Source: Methylophilaceae bacterium (GTDB taxonomy: Bacteria > Pseudomonadota > Gammaproteobacteria > Burkholderiales > Methylophilaceae). Taken from it: a DNA stretch of 64,000 nt. The notes under the pieces were generated by a model, which was given only the letters and a program-made list of their open reading frames with translations, was not told the DNA's origin and did not search any database. How positions within the stretch are numbered: the stretch's first letter is position 1; each line of letters begins with the position of its first letter. Below are positions 43,129-52,850 of the stretch, piece after piece. Both the position numbers and the translations under genes were made by a program. Location of the stretch: the NCBI GenBank assembly GCA_028355955.1, contig JAOMTQ010000002.1:2754-66753 (forward strand). The letters run 5' to 3'.

Positions 43129-44380
43129 AAACTTAGTTAATGACCCGGGTTGCTTATCAGAATACGATCCTAATGCGATGAAAATTGAGGTCGCGAGGAA
43201 ATATATACATAATTTTTTAAAGGCAAATACAAAAACTGAATATGTTAATACTGAGGATGCCCTTAATCGAATTTTAGGTGAAACAATAATTTCAAAAATT
43301 AATGTACCCAATTATAATAATTCCGCAATGGATGGTTTTGCTTTTAATTTAGATTCCTTAAAAGAAAAAAATACACTTGAAATCGCTACAACAATTCTAG
43401 CTGGAAACCTCTCTAAACATAAAATTAAACCTGGCTTTGCTGCTCAGGTAATGACAGGTTCAAAAATTCCAAATGGCACTGATACTGTTTTACCATTTGA
43501 GTTAGTCAAACAAGAAAATGATTCTATTGTCGTTAGTAAACTTCCAACAAAAGGCGCTAATATTAGAAAGTTAGGAGAAGACATAAAAAAAAATGGGGAT
43601 GTGCTTAAAAAAGGCGTTTTTTTGAGGCCTGCAGAAGTAGGATTAATTGCATCGATTGGGATAAGCAAAATAAAAGTTTTTAAAAAAATAAAAGTCTCTT
43701 TTTTTTCAACAGGTGATGAGGTTGTTAAAGCAGGTCACCCTATCAAATCTGGACAAGTTTATGATAGTAATCATTTTACAATCCAATCCATGTTAAAAAG
43801 GATAAATGTTGAATGTGTTGATCTAGGCATTATTCCTGATGATAAAAAATTAATTGAAAAAACATTTAAGAATGCTGCAAAAGTATCTGATGCAATCATT
43901 ACAACAGGAGGTGTTTCAGTTGGAAAAGCTGATTTCATGAAAGATGTCTTAAAAAAATTAGGTAAGGTTTTATTTTGGAAGTTATCAATTAAACCCGGAA
44001 GGCCAATGGCTTACGGTGCTTTTAAGGCAACTCCCTATTTTGGATTACCTGGTAATCCAGTGGCTGCAATGATTACATTTTATCAATTAGTACAACCGGC
44101 GCTTAAATACCTTATGGGTCAAGATAACTATAAACTTCCTATGTTGTTAAAAGCGAAGTGCGTTGCACCTATATCAAAACGGCCTGGACGAATGGAGTTT
44201 CAAAGAGGTTTTTTCACAAGCAAAAATGGGGAATTATCTGTGAAACCAACTCCTCATCAAGGCTCTGCGATTCTCAGCTCAATGAGTAAAGCAAATTGTT
44301 TGATTGTGTTAGATATAGACCAAAAATCAATTAAAGTTGATGATTATGTCAATATCCAGTTAATGGAAGGCTTGGTATAA
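43106..44380 (+). CDS. moeA: Molybdopterin molybdotransferase
   Basis: SAMDG, STGDE, GGVSVG, KPGRP and LPGNP motifs. Confidence 0.96.
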   Translation: MKKTISLENLVNDPGCLSEYDPNAMKIEVARKYIHNFLKANTKTEYVNTEDALNRILGETIISKINVPNYNNSAMDGFAFNLDSLKEKNTLEIATTILAGNLSKHKIKPGFAAQVMTGSKIPNGTDTVLPFELVKQENDSIVVSKLPTKGANIRKLGEDIKKNGDVLKKGVFLRPAEVGLIASIGISKIKVFKKIKVSFFSTGDEVVKAGHPIKSGQVYDSNHFTIQSMLKRINVECVDLGIIPDDKKLIEKTFKNAAKVSDAIITTGGVSVGKADFMKDVLKKLGKVLFWKLSIKPGRPMAYGAFKATPYFGLPGNPVAAMITFYQLVQPALKYLMGQDNYKLPMLLKAKCVAPISKRPGRMEFQRGFFTSKNGELSVKPTPHQGSAILSSMSKANCLIVLDIDQKSIKVDDYVNIQLMEGLV

Positions 44381-44463
44381 TTAGTTAATCTCTAGGCTAT
44401 AATTAACAACTATGCTTTAGTCTTTTTTTTAAACTTCAAAAAAAACAAAAGGTCTGATCAAAT

Positions 44464-44925
44464 ATGAGTAAATTAGAAATAAACCATGTTGTACCAAATT
44501 TTAGCTTACCAGGGACAAGTGAGACAGACTTCTCCTTAAATAACTTTCTCGGAAAATTGGTTGTTTTATATTTTTATCCAAGAGACGCAACGCCAGGTTG
44601 TACAAATGAAGGAATCGATTTTACAAACCTTTATCAAGATTTTAAAATCAAAAATGTAGAAATATTTGGTATATCCAGAGATACCATCAAATCACATGAA
44701 AAATTTAAAGAAAAATACAATTTTCCTTTTGAGTTATTAAGTGACTCTGAAGAAATTGCATGCGAACTATTCGATGTCATTAAAATGAAAAATATGTATG
44801 GTAAACAAGTTCAAGGGATAGAGAGAAGTACCTTCCTAATTGATACACAAGGTAAGCTCCTTAATGAATGGAGGGGCTTAAAAGTACCTGGCCATGCTGA
44901 AGAAGTATTAAATTCAATTTCATAA
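44464..44925 (+). CDS. bcp: Peroxiredoxin BCP
   Basis: YFYPRDATPGCT and ERSTF motifs. Confidence 0.93.
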   Translation: MSKLEINHVVPNFSLPGTSETDFSLNNFLGKLVVLYFYPRDATPGCTNEGIDFTNLYQDFKIKNVEIFGISRDTIKSHEKFKEKYNFPFELLSDSEEIACELFDVIKMKNMYGKQVQGIERSTFLIDTQGKLLNEWRGLKVPGHAEEVLNSIS

Positions 44926-44937
44926 ATAAATTACTTT

Positions 44938-46326
44938 ATGGTTAAAAAAAATAATAAGAAAGTTTTTGTCCTTGATACAAATGTTCTGCTTCATGATCCT
45001 TCAAGTTTATTTAGATTTGAAGAGCATGATATTTATCTGCCTATGGTTACAATTGAAGAATTAGATAATAATAAAAAAGGTAGTTCAGAAGTTGCCAGAA
45101 ATGCGAGGCAAACCCATAGATACTTAGAAGAAATCATCGGCCCTGCTTCAGATTTAAAGAATGGCTGTGCACTAAAATCTGAAACAAATCCTCACATAGA
45201 TGGAAAACTTTTTTTACAGACAGAAACTATTAGTTACGACCTTCCTATTTTAGCTGGGGTTAAAGCAGACAATCAAATACTAAGTGTTGTTGTTAACCTC
45301 AAAAATAAACTTAAAAAAACTGATGTCATTTTGGTATCAAAAGATTTTAATATAAGAATTAAAGCGCGTGCTTTAGATATTTCTGCTCAAGATTATTTTA
45401 ATGACAAGGTCATGGCTGATGCAGAGTTACTTCATACGGGAATATATGAACTACCAGAAAATTTTTGGGAAAAACATAGCAAAGATATGGAGTCCTGGCA
45501 AGAAGAAGGAAAAATGTTTTATAAGATAACAGGTCCATTATGTAAGAGTTTTTTTATTAATGCGTTTGTTTTCTATGATTTTGATAAACCTTTTTATGCC
45601 ATAGTTAAAACAATTAATGGGAATTCTGCTACCCTTCAGATTGTTCAAGATTACACTTTACCTAAATTTAATATCTGGGGCATCAAAGCAAAAAATAAAG
45701 AACAAAATTTTGCTCTAAATCTTTTAATGGATCCAACTATTGATTTTATATCCCTATTAGGTCAGGCGGGGACAGGGAAGACTTTATTAGCTCTAGCTGC
45801 AGGGCTTGTTCAAACATTAGATAAAAAAATATACTCAGAAATCATTATGACAAGAGCTACAGTTTCTGTTGGTGATGATATTGGCTTTCTGCCTGGGACT
45901 GAGGAAGAAAAAATGACTCCTTGGATGGGAGCCTTAGAAGATAACTTAGATGTATTAAACGAATCTGACGACAGCTCAGGTGATTGGGGAAGAGCGGCTA
46001 CACAAGATTTAATTAAATCTAGAATCAAAGTAAAATCATTAAACTTTATGAGAGGTAGGACATTTTTAAATAAATATTTGATTATTGACGAGGCTCAGAA
46101 TCTAACTCCCAAACAAATGAAAACGTTGGTTACACGAGCTGGTCCGGGGACTAAAATAGTTTGTTGTGGAAACATCGCACAAATAGATACACCTTATCTG
46201 ACTGAAGGAAGCTCTGGGTTAACCTATGTTGTTGATCGCTTTAAAGGTTGGGAACATAACGGTCATGTAACTTTAATGAGAGGAGAAAGATCGAGGTTAG
46301 CAGATTATGCAGCAGACACACTCTAA
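44938..46326 (+). CDS. PIN-PhoH (PhoH2-like) ATPase/RNase
   Basis: PIN VLDTNVLLHD, Walker A GQAGTGKT, RGRT and DEAQN motifs. Confidence 0.93.
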   Translation: MVKKNNKKVFVLDTNVLLHDPSSLFRFEEHDIYLPMVTIEELDNNKKGSSEVARNARQTHRYLEEIIGPASDLKNGCALKSETNPHIDGKLFLQTETISYDLPILAGVKADNQILSVVVNLKNKLKKTDVILVSKDFNIRIKARALDISAQDYFNDKVMADAELLHTGIYELPENFWEKHSKDMESWQEEGKMFYKITGPLCKSFFINAFVFYDFDKPFYAIVKTINGNSATLQIVQDYTLPKFNIWGIKAKNKEQNFALNLLMDPTIDFISLLGQAGTGKTLLALAAGLVQTLDKKIYSEIIMTRATVSVGDDIGFLPGTEEEKMTPWMGALEDNLDVLNESDDSSGDWGRAATQDLIKSRIKVKSLNFMRGRTFLNKYLIIDEAQNLTPKQMKTLVTRAGPGTKIVCCGNIAQIDTPYLTEGSSGLTYVVDRFKGWEHNGHVTLMRGERSRLADYAADTL

Positions 46327-47497
46327 TAAAGATTTTAAGAAAGGATTTTATCCTTATCTTTCCGCCCAATTTCTATCAGCTTTGGCAGATAATGCATTGC
46401 TTTTTGCAGCAATTGCCTTATTAGCTGAAATGAACGCACCCACATGGCATCAACCGCTTTTACTTCAATTTTTTGTTTTAGCTTATATAGTACTTGCGCC
46501 TTTTGTTGGAGCTTTTGCAGATTCTAGACCCAAAGGTCAGGTCATGTTTATGTCAAATGGAATAAAGCTTTTTGGTTGTTTAGCGATGTTTTTTGGTATG
46601 GAGCCTTTGTATGCTTATGGCATTGTCGGAGTTGGTGCTGCAACCTACTCTCCTGCTAAATATGGCATATTGACAGAGTTGCTACCTAAAGAGTACTTGG
46701 TTGCTGCTAATGGATGGGTTGAGGGTTTAACTGTTGCCGCAATTATTTTGGGAGCAATTGTCGGAGGATTGTTAGCAAAGTTTGACGTACAAATGGCCAT
46801 CTTAATCATTGCCGTTTTATATCTTTTAGCGGCAATTTTCAATCGATATATTCCCACTCTTCCGATTAACCATAAAATAAATTCAAAAAATCCTTGGTTT
46901 TTATTTAAAGATTTTTATTTTTCTTTTACTAAGCTTGCCCAAGATCGCTTAGGGCAACTCTCACTTGCAGTAACAACACTCTTTTGGGGTGCTGGCGCAA
47001 CCTTAAGATTAGTCATTATTGCATGGGCAGCCTATGCTCTCAACTTCCAGATTGATAAAGCGACACAACTTTCGGCTGTTGTTGCATTTGGTGTTGCAAT
47101 CGGTTCTGTTATTGCTGCTCGTTATATATCAATGAAAAATTCAGTTAAAGTTTTACCTCTTGGAGTGCTGATGGGCGCGTTTGTTTGCTCCATGGTATTT
47201 GTTTCAAGCTGGGAGTATGCAGCCCTTTTACTTCTATTTATTGGTATTTTTAGTGGCATGCTCATCGTTCCACTTAATGCGCTTCTCCAACACAGAGGTC
47301 ATATTTTAATTGGGTCTGGTCACTCAATTGCAGCTCAAAATTTTAGTGAAAATCTAGGTATCTTAATTCTTAGCGGTACTTATACTCTCATGGTTAAATA
47401 TGGACTTCCTATAAATGGGATTGTCTTTATATTTGGCTTATTTGTTTTAATGACTATGGTGATTGCAAGCATTTATTACTCACAAGATAATAAATAA
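46307..47497 (+). CDS. lplT: Lysophospholipid transporter (MFS)
   Basis: AQFLSALADNAL, YSPAKYG and NALLQHRG motifs. Confidence 0.92.
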   Translation: MQQTHSNKDFKKGFYPYLSAQFLSALADNALLFAAIALLAEMNAPTWHQPLLLQFFVLAYIVLAPFVGAFADSRPKGQVMFMSNGIKLFGCLAMFFGMEPLYAYGIVGVGAATYSPAKYGILTELLPKEYLVAANGWVEGLTVAAIILGAIVGGLLAKFDVQMAILIIAVLYLLAAIFNRYIPTLPINHKINSKNPWFLFKDFYFSFTKLAQDRLGQLSLAVTTLFWGAGATLRLVIIAWAAYALNFQIDKATQLSAVVAFGVAIGSVIAARYISMKNSVKVLPLGVLMGAFVCSMVFVSSWEYAALLLLFIGIFSGMLIVPLNALLQHRGHILIGSGHSIAAQNFSENLGILILSGTYTLMVKYGLPINGIVFIFGLFVLMTMVIASIYYSQDNK

Positions 47498-47501
47498 TTT
47501 T

Positions 47502-48827
47502 TTAATGCAACTTCACTCTAGTTTCTGTTCTTTGGCTAAATAATTTTCCTAAAAATCTAAATAATGTACTAGCAAACCCATGAAGTGCAACTAGATGCAT
47601 TTGATAAAGTGAGAGATACATCAGTTTTGCTATCAATCCTTCAATAAACATACTTCCACCCAAAATTGAACCCATTAAATTTCCAACTGTAGAATATCTT
47701 CCAAGATTCACAAGTGATCCGTAATCTTTGTAGACATAATTAGGTAGTTTATCTTTACCACTGACGACTTTCTTGATTGTTTTATATAATAGTGATGCCT
47801 GTTGATGAGCGGCTTGTGCTCTCGGTGGAACATTTTCAGTTGCTCCTGGTGAAATTGGGCAAGCAGCACAATCACCAAATGCGAAAATATTTTCATCTAA
47901 TGTAGTTCGTAATGTAGATTTTACTTTTAGCTGATTAATGTTATTCGTTTCAAGTCCCGCAATGTTCACTAAGAAATCGGGTGCTTTTATTCCAGCCGCC
48001 CATACAACAAGTTGGGATAAAATTTTCCGGTCTTTGTGTGTTTTAATTCCGTCAGCTGTTACCTCAGTTACTCGCTCTCCTAAAAATAAATTAACTTTTA
48101 ATTTTTTTAATTCATCAGCAACAGCTTGGCTTATTCTTAGTGGAAGTGCAGGTAAAAGCCTAGAACTGGCCTCAATTAAGTTAATATTAATATCCTTATC
48201 TGGATCAATATTCTCTAATCCATAAGCAGTCATTTCTCTTGTGGCTTTATGTAACTCTGCAGCAAGCTCTACACCTGTAGCGCCTGCTCCTACTATAACT
48301 ACTTCAAGTTGACCAGGTTGAATTTCTGAATTTTGTGTTTGTGCTTTAACAATGGCATTGTGCAAACGATTATGAAAGAGCTCTGCTTGGTTCTGGTTAT
48401 CAAGTGCAATTGAAAATTCAGCTGCTCCGCTAACAGAAAAATCATTGACGGTGCTTCCGATTGACATTACTAAAGTGTCATACTTGAAAGTTCTTCTGGA
48501 TATGATTTCATTACCTTGATTGTCAAAATAGGGTTCAAGTGATACTTCTTTTTTCTCACGATCTAAATTATCCATTCTACCTAAGCGAAATTTAAATCCA
48601 TGCCAAAACCCTTGAGCTAAATAATCTAATTCATCTTTATGGGGATTAATACTCCCTGCTGCAATTTCATGTAAAAGTGGCTTCCATATATGAGTTTTTT
48701 TTGCATCAATAAGTGTAATTTCCGCTTTTTTCTTTTTGCCAAGTGAATTACCTAGTTTAGTAGCGAGCTCCAGACCTCCAGCTCCACCACCAACAATTAA
48801 AATTTTATGCAATTGATTATTTTCCAT
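47502..48827 (-). CDS. ndh: Type II NADH:quinone oxidoreductase
   Basis: GGGAGGLEL, WKPLLHE, GAGATGVEL and PPRAQAAHQ motifs. Confidence 0.95.
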   Translation of the reverse strand: MENNQLHKILIVGGGAGGLELATKLGNSLGKKKKAEITLIDAKKTHIWKPLLHEIAAGSINPHKDELDYLAQGFWHGFKFRLGRMDNLDREKKEVSLEPYFDNQGNEIISRRTFKYDTLVMSIGSTVNDFSVSGAAEFSIALDNQNQAELFHNRLHNAIVKAQTQNSEIQPGQLEVVIVGAGATGVELAAELHKATREMTAYGLENIDPDKDININLIEASSRLLPALPLRISQAVADELKKLKVNLFLGERVTEVTADGIKTHKDRKILSQLVVWAAGIKAPDFLVNIAGLETNNINQLKVKSTLRTTLDENIFAFGDCAACPISPGATENVPPRAQAAHQQASLLYKTIKKVVSGKDKLPNYVYKDYGSLVNLGRYSTVGNLMGSILGGSMFIEGLIAKLMYLSLYQMHLVALHGFASTLFRFLGKLFSQRTETRVKLH

Positions 48828-48881
48828 ATTTAGATTCTTTCAAATTATTCTTTGGGATTTCATTATTGACTTTATTCGGAC

Positions 48882-48917
48882 AAAAAAAACGACTAAAACA
48901 TTATATCTTAGTCGTTT
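48882..48917 (-). terminator. Terminator after xoxG
   Basis: AAACGACTAA-N11-TTAGTCGTTT with T tail on the minus strand. Confidence 0.65.
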
Positions 48918-48944
48918 AGATTTTTTATTTCAGAGTTGTAACTG

Positions 48945-49466
48945 TTATTTAACTTCCTCGTTACCAGTTAAACCTTTACCATTTGTTCTAACCCAAGCAA
49001 TTGTTTTTAATAACTCATCAACCGTCATACCATCATCAGGAGCCATAACACCAAATCCTTTACCGCCCATACCACCGTTTGTTCCATACCATATTGTTTC
49101 AAACATACCTACGTTGGTAGCATCTTTTGGGTACTTGAAAGTCGGTCCTACTAAACCCGGTCCAACTTGTCCCTTTGCTGTTGGTCCATGACATTGAGTA
49201 CATGACCAGTAACCAAATCTTTTCTTACCTCTTTTTTCAGCTTTAGCATCACCAACATAGATATTTTTACCTGTCTTAAGGAACTCTATTTCAGCGGCTG
49301 TCTTTACATTATCTTTCTTCTTTGTATCACCGAATGCTTTTGGATTTGTAATCTCAAATTTTGTACCATCTGTTGTTTTCGTAAATACAACATCCGCTTG
49401 CACAAAACCTGCAAAACCTATTGCTGCTCCAACTAGTGCAGAAGCGACTATTTTGTTAATTGACAT
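48945..49466 (-). CDS. xoxG: Cytochrome cL-like electron acceptor of XoxF
   Basis: Signal peptide, CTQCH heme motif, GQVGPGL; in the xoxFJG cluster. Confidence 0.9.
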   Translation of the reverse strand: MSINKIVASALVGAAIGFAGFVQADVVFTKTTDGTKFEITNPKAFGDTKKKDNVKTAAEIEFLKTGKNIYVGDAKAEKRGKKRFGYWSCTQCHGPTAKGQVGPGLVGPTFKYPKDATNVGMFETIWYGTNGGMGGKGFGVMAPDDGMTVDELLKTIAWVRTNGKGLTGNEEVK

Positions 49467-49556
49467 TTACTGCTCCTATCTTTAATTAAATTAACTCCCA
49501 TACCCCTAATTTTACCAGTTCTTATTTATTATGTGTCATATTTTGATTAAAATTAC

Positions 49557-50441
49557 TTATTTTTTATGCCTTTTATAACCATCTAATCTATCAACAAAGA
49601 TTGGTTCTGTATGTGGAATTCCATACTCATCCATGATCGCATAAATTTTATCTAGATTTCTAAATATTGCGCCTTCAACCATCTCTCTTCTTTCAACTTC
49701 TCTTTTCCTAACACCTGCCGAAATATTCCAATAAGTTTTTCCTTGAAGTTTTTTATTCCCAGTAGAGTATTCTGGAATCTCAACGACAACTAAATCCACA
49801 TCTGATTGCTTTGCGTAATAGCCACCTAATGGTCCCCACATTATCGCAACATCAATTTTTCCACTAATCACATCTTCTACTGGTTCACCAGGTGATCTTG
49901 TTAAATCTCGTTGGATTCTATATGGCCTCGCATTTGCCATCAGACCATTGGCGTTAAGTGCCTGTGTGACAGGGCTTTTATCTACTAAACCAATGACCCC
50001 TTTTTTTAAGTCAGGTGAGTCCCAGCTGCTTATGTCATATCCACTATCTTCACGGTAAATCCAAACATGCCCAGCTCGATAGTAGGGTTTTGTTGTGTCT
50101 AGGGCATCATAAGTCGTATTCGTTCCAATAATCACATCACATCGCTTCGCATTTAATGTATTTCTCAAAAACCCGAACCGATCATGCCAAAATTGATAAC
50201 TTAACTCCTTACCTAAGTCTGCTGCTAAGACTTCAGCAATTTTATTTTCAAAACCTTCACCCTTATCATTTGAATAAGGCAGATTATCTTGGTCAGCACA
50301 AACTTTAAATTCATCATCCTTTGGAACTCTTGTTGGTTCACCAGGTTTTCCCATATCTGGGTTCACAGCAATTGTATCTGCCGCATGAACTGAGAAGCTT
50401 ATTAATAATATAATTAGACTTCGTGATAAATTTTTAAACAT
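49557..50441 (-). CDS. xoxJ: MoxJ/XoxJ-family periplasmic binding-like protein
   Basis: VCADQDNLPYSN..GFENKIA, TTKPYYR and WGPLGGY motifs. Confidence 0.93.
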   Translation of the reverse strand: MFKNLSRSLIILLISFSVHAADTIAVNPDMGKPGEPTRVPKDDEFKVCADQDNLPYSNDKGEGFENKIAEVLAADLGKELSYQFWHDRFGFLRNTLNAKRCDVIIGTNTTYDALDTTKPYYRAGHVWIYREDSGYDISSWDSPDLKKGVIGLVDKSPVTQALNANGLMANARPYRIQRDLTRSPGEPVEDVISGKIDVAIMWGPLGGYYAKQSDVDLVVVEIPEYSTGNKKLQGKTYWNISAGVRKREVERREMVEGAIFRNLDKIYAIMDEYGIPHTEPIFVDRLDGYKRHKK

Positions 50442-50546
50442 TTTAAATAATCCCTTTAATTAATTTTTTGCAATTATACCTTCAAAGAATGCTTTATTCC
50501 CTAATGATAATCTCTATTTTTTTACACACTTAAAAATTATTCATAT

Positions 50547-50580
50547 AAAAAAAAACACCCTACCGAAGTAGGGTGTTTTT
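50547..50580 (-). terminator. Strong intrinsic terminator after xoxF
   Basis: Minus strand AAAAACACCCTAC-TTCG-GTAGGGTGTTTTTTTTT, C(UUCG)G tetraloop. Confidence 0.92.
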
Positions 50581-50615
50581 ATGACTAACTAACTAGTACT
50601 AAGTTCTATAAAAAA

Positions 50616-52493
50616 TTATAGAGCAAATACTGTTAATGCACCGCCGCCAGGAGCCGCGTTGTATTTTGTTAGTTCTTTATAACCACCAGCAGCACCAAGT
50701 GCGTCTGTGTCATTTGTAAGACCAAGGTTCATAGCCACGCCAGCCCAACCACCGATGCCTGATAGGACACCAACGTGTTGTTTACCTTTGTGTGAGTATG
50801 TGAATGCATTACCAATCACACCTGAACCAACTTGGAATTTCCAAAGTTCTTTACCGCTTTTCGCGTCAAGAGCTTTAAACCAACGATCTAAAGTACCGTA
50901 GAAAACTAAGTCTGAAGCAGTAGTTAAAGCACCACCCCAAGCAGAGAATTTCTCTTTGTTGTACCATACTTTTTTGTTAGTCATTGGATCATAAGCAGCA
51001 AAACCGCCCATTACGCCATCAGGACCAGCAAACATAGTAAGTGTCGCACCAACCCAAGGCTGACCTGCAACATACTTAGACTCAACTGGTTCGTATGTCA
51101 TACATACGTGGTTAAGTGGTGAGTATATTAAGCCAGTTTTAGGTGAGTATGCAGCAGGCTGTTGGTCTTTAGTACCAAGAGCAGCTGGACATGTACCTTT
51201 AGTGTTGTAATCTTGGTGTGTTGAATGTGCAGCTTCTTTTTGTGGCACACCAGATTTAAGATCGATACCAGTTGACCAGTTAACGAATGGATGCACTTTT
51301 TCAGCTGAAACTAAAGTACCGTTACTAGCTACCCAAGTGTATGCAAAACCGTTTCTGTCATGGTGCCATGCGTAAGTTTTTCCACCTTTGTCAAAAAGGA
51401 TAACTTCGTTAATACCGTCATAATCCCATTCGTCATGTGGAGTCATTTGCATGCCCCAACGTGCCATACCTGTATCTAAATCACGAGCAAAAACAGTCAT
51501 AGACCATTTGTTGTCACCTGGACGTACGTCTGGGTTCCAAACTGATGGGTTACCTGTACCGTAGTACACTAGGTTTGTTTTTGCATCATACGGCCACCAG
51601 CCCCATACAGAGCCACCACCATGTTGCCAACCATCTTTAACTGCTTGTGGTTTTAGCCATGTTTTAAGACCTAGGTCTGCAACACCGCCTTGTAATTGAT
51701 CGTTAGGAATTCTTTTGAAAGAACCACCTTCAACATTACCACCGTTTACATCTTCGTAAACTGATAGAGCTGAATATAGTGGGTTTTCTTTGTTGAAGTC
51801 CGCACCGATTAATACTTCTGAATCAGGTCCAGTAGACATAGCTTTCCATGCTAGTGAACCGTCTTCGATGTTATATGCTGCAATAAAGCAACGAACACCA
51901 AATTCAGCACCAGAACAACCAGTCAATACTTTATCGTTGATCACGTGAGGAGCGTTAGTATTAGTAGCGCCAACTTTAGGATCTGTGTTTAAAGTAGACC
52001 AAACTTTAGCACCTGTTTTTGCGTTTAAAGCAACTAGGTTACCGTCGTTTTGTTGTAGGAAGATTTTACCGTTACCAAAACCAAGACCACGGTTAACGTT
52101 ATCGCAACATAGAACTGCTTGAACGCTAGGATCTTGTTTAGGGAAGTAAGACCATACAACTTTTTGGTTGTTGTTTAAGTCTAAAGCATATACGTTATTT
52201 GGAAATGCTGTATGTACATATAGCATGTTACCAATAACTAGAGGAGAACCTTCATGACCACGGTTTACACCAGTAGAAAGTGTCCAAGCTGCTTTAAGGT
52301 TTTTTACATTACCTTTGTTGATTTGTGTCAGCTTTGAGTAAGCCTGGTTGTCATGTTGACCACGAGGATGAGCCCAGTTAGCTGAGTTTTTCATAGCTTT
52401 TTCTTGGTCAGCAGCAGCTGAAGCAACAATAGGCATAGCCATTGCAGCAGCAGTTACAAAGCCAAGAGCTAATTTGATTTTATTTAATTTCAT
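50616..52493 (-). CDS. xoxF: Lanthanide-dependent PQQ methanol dehydrogenase (probably XoxF4 clade)
   Basis: Signal peptide, vicinal CC (CCDNVNRG), GAEFG, WDYDG with the extra Ln-ligating Asp; strong codon bias; no mxaI adjacent. Confidence 0.96.
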   Translation of the reverse strand: MKLNKIKLALGFVTAAAMAMPIVASAAADQEKAMKNSANWAHPRGQHDNQAYSKLTQINKGNVKNLKAAWTLSTGVNRGHEGSPLVIGNMLYVHTAFPNNVYALDLNNNQKVVWSYFPKQDPSVQAVLCCDNVNRGLGFGNGKIFLQQNDGNLVALNAKTGAKVWSTLNTDPKVGATNTNAPHVINDKVLTGCSGAEFGVRCFIAAYNIEDGSLAWKAMSTGPDSEVLIGADFNKENPLYSALSVYEDVNGGNVEGGSFKRIPNDQLQGGVADLGLKTWLKPQAVKDGWQHGGGSVWGWWPYDAKTNLVYYGTGNPSVWNPDVRPGDNKWSMTVFARDLDTGMARWGMQMTPHDEWDYDGINEVILFDKGGKTYAWHHDRNGFAYTWVASNGTLVSAEKVHPFVNWSTGIDLKSGVPQKEAAHSTHQDYNTKGTCPAALGTKDQQPAAYSPKTGLIYSPLNHVCMTYEPVESKYVAGQPWVGATLTMFAGPDGVMGGFAAYDPMTNKKVWYNKEKFSAWGGALTTASDLVFYGTLDRWFKALDAKSGKELWKFQVGSGVIGNAFTYSHKGKQHVGVLSGIGGWAGVAMNLGLTNDTDALGAAGGYKELTKYNAAPGGGALTVFAL

Positions 52494-52632
52494 TATAAAT
52501 CTCCATAGTTTTAACTAAGGGTTTAAAAAAGAAGCAAGTACTTCCCCTACCTTATTTCGTAGTTTAAAAACTGTTTAATAAAATAAGAAATTTACTTACT
52601 TTTAGTACTGATGTTTCTAGTACTTGAAATGG

Positions 52633-52688
52633 ATTTTATACCCCTAAATTTCTATTTGCAACAATTTTGTTACAATTTCTTTACATTT
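52633..52688 (-). promoter_or_regulatory. xoxF sigma70 promoter with three 11-bp tandem repeats over/upstream of -35
   Basis: Minus strand TTGCAA-17 bp-TAAAAT; repeats AAATGTAAAGA/AATTGTAACAA/AATTGTTGCAA. Confidence 0.6.
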
Positions 52689-52850
52689 AATGATTTGTTT
52701 TACTTATCAAAAAAACAGCCTTTTTGGCTCTAAAAGTTTGTTAAACTTATCGAGTAATTTTAATAGCTATTAATTATTAAATAGGCTAACTAACAAAATA
52801 ATAAGAAATTAATATACTAAATGTAAATTTCAAAGAGTGAATAAAAAATC

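Noticed and set aside
44938-46326. PIN domain as a toxin of a toxin-antitoxin or defence system
   Set aside because: No antitoxin ORF upstream; bcp-PIN/PhoH is a common housekeeping arrangement in betaproteobacteria
50616-52493. Higher GC and distinct codon usage in xoxF (also tkt and HU) as possible horizontal transfer
   Set aside because: The pattern is shared by expected highly expressed genes and reflects translational codon bias; no mobility genes or flanking repeats were seen
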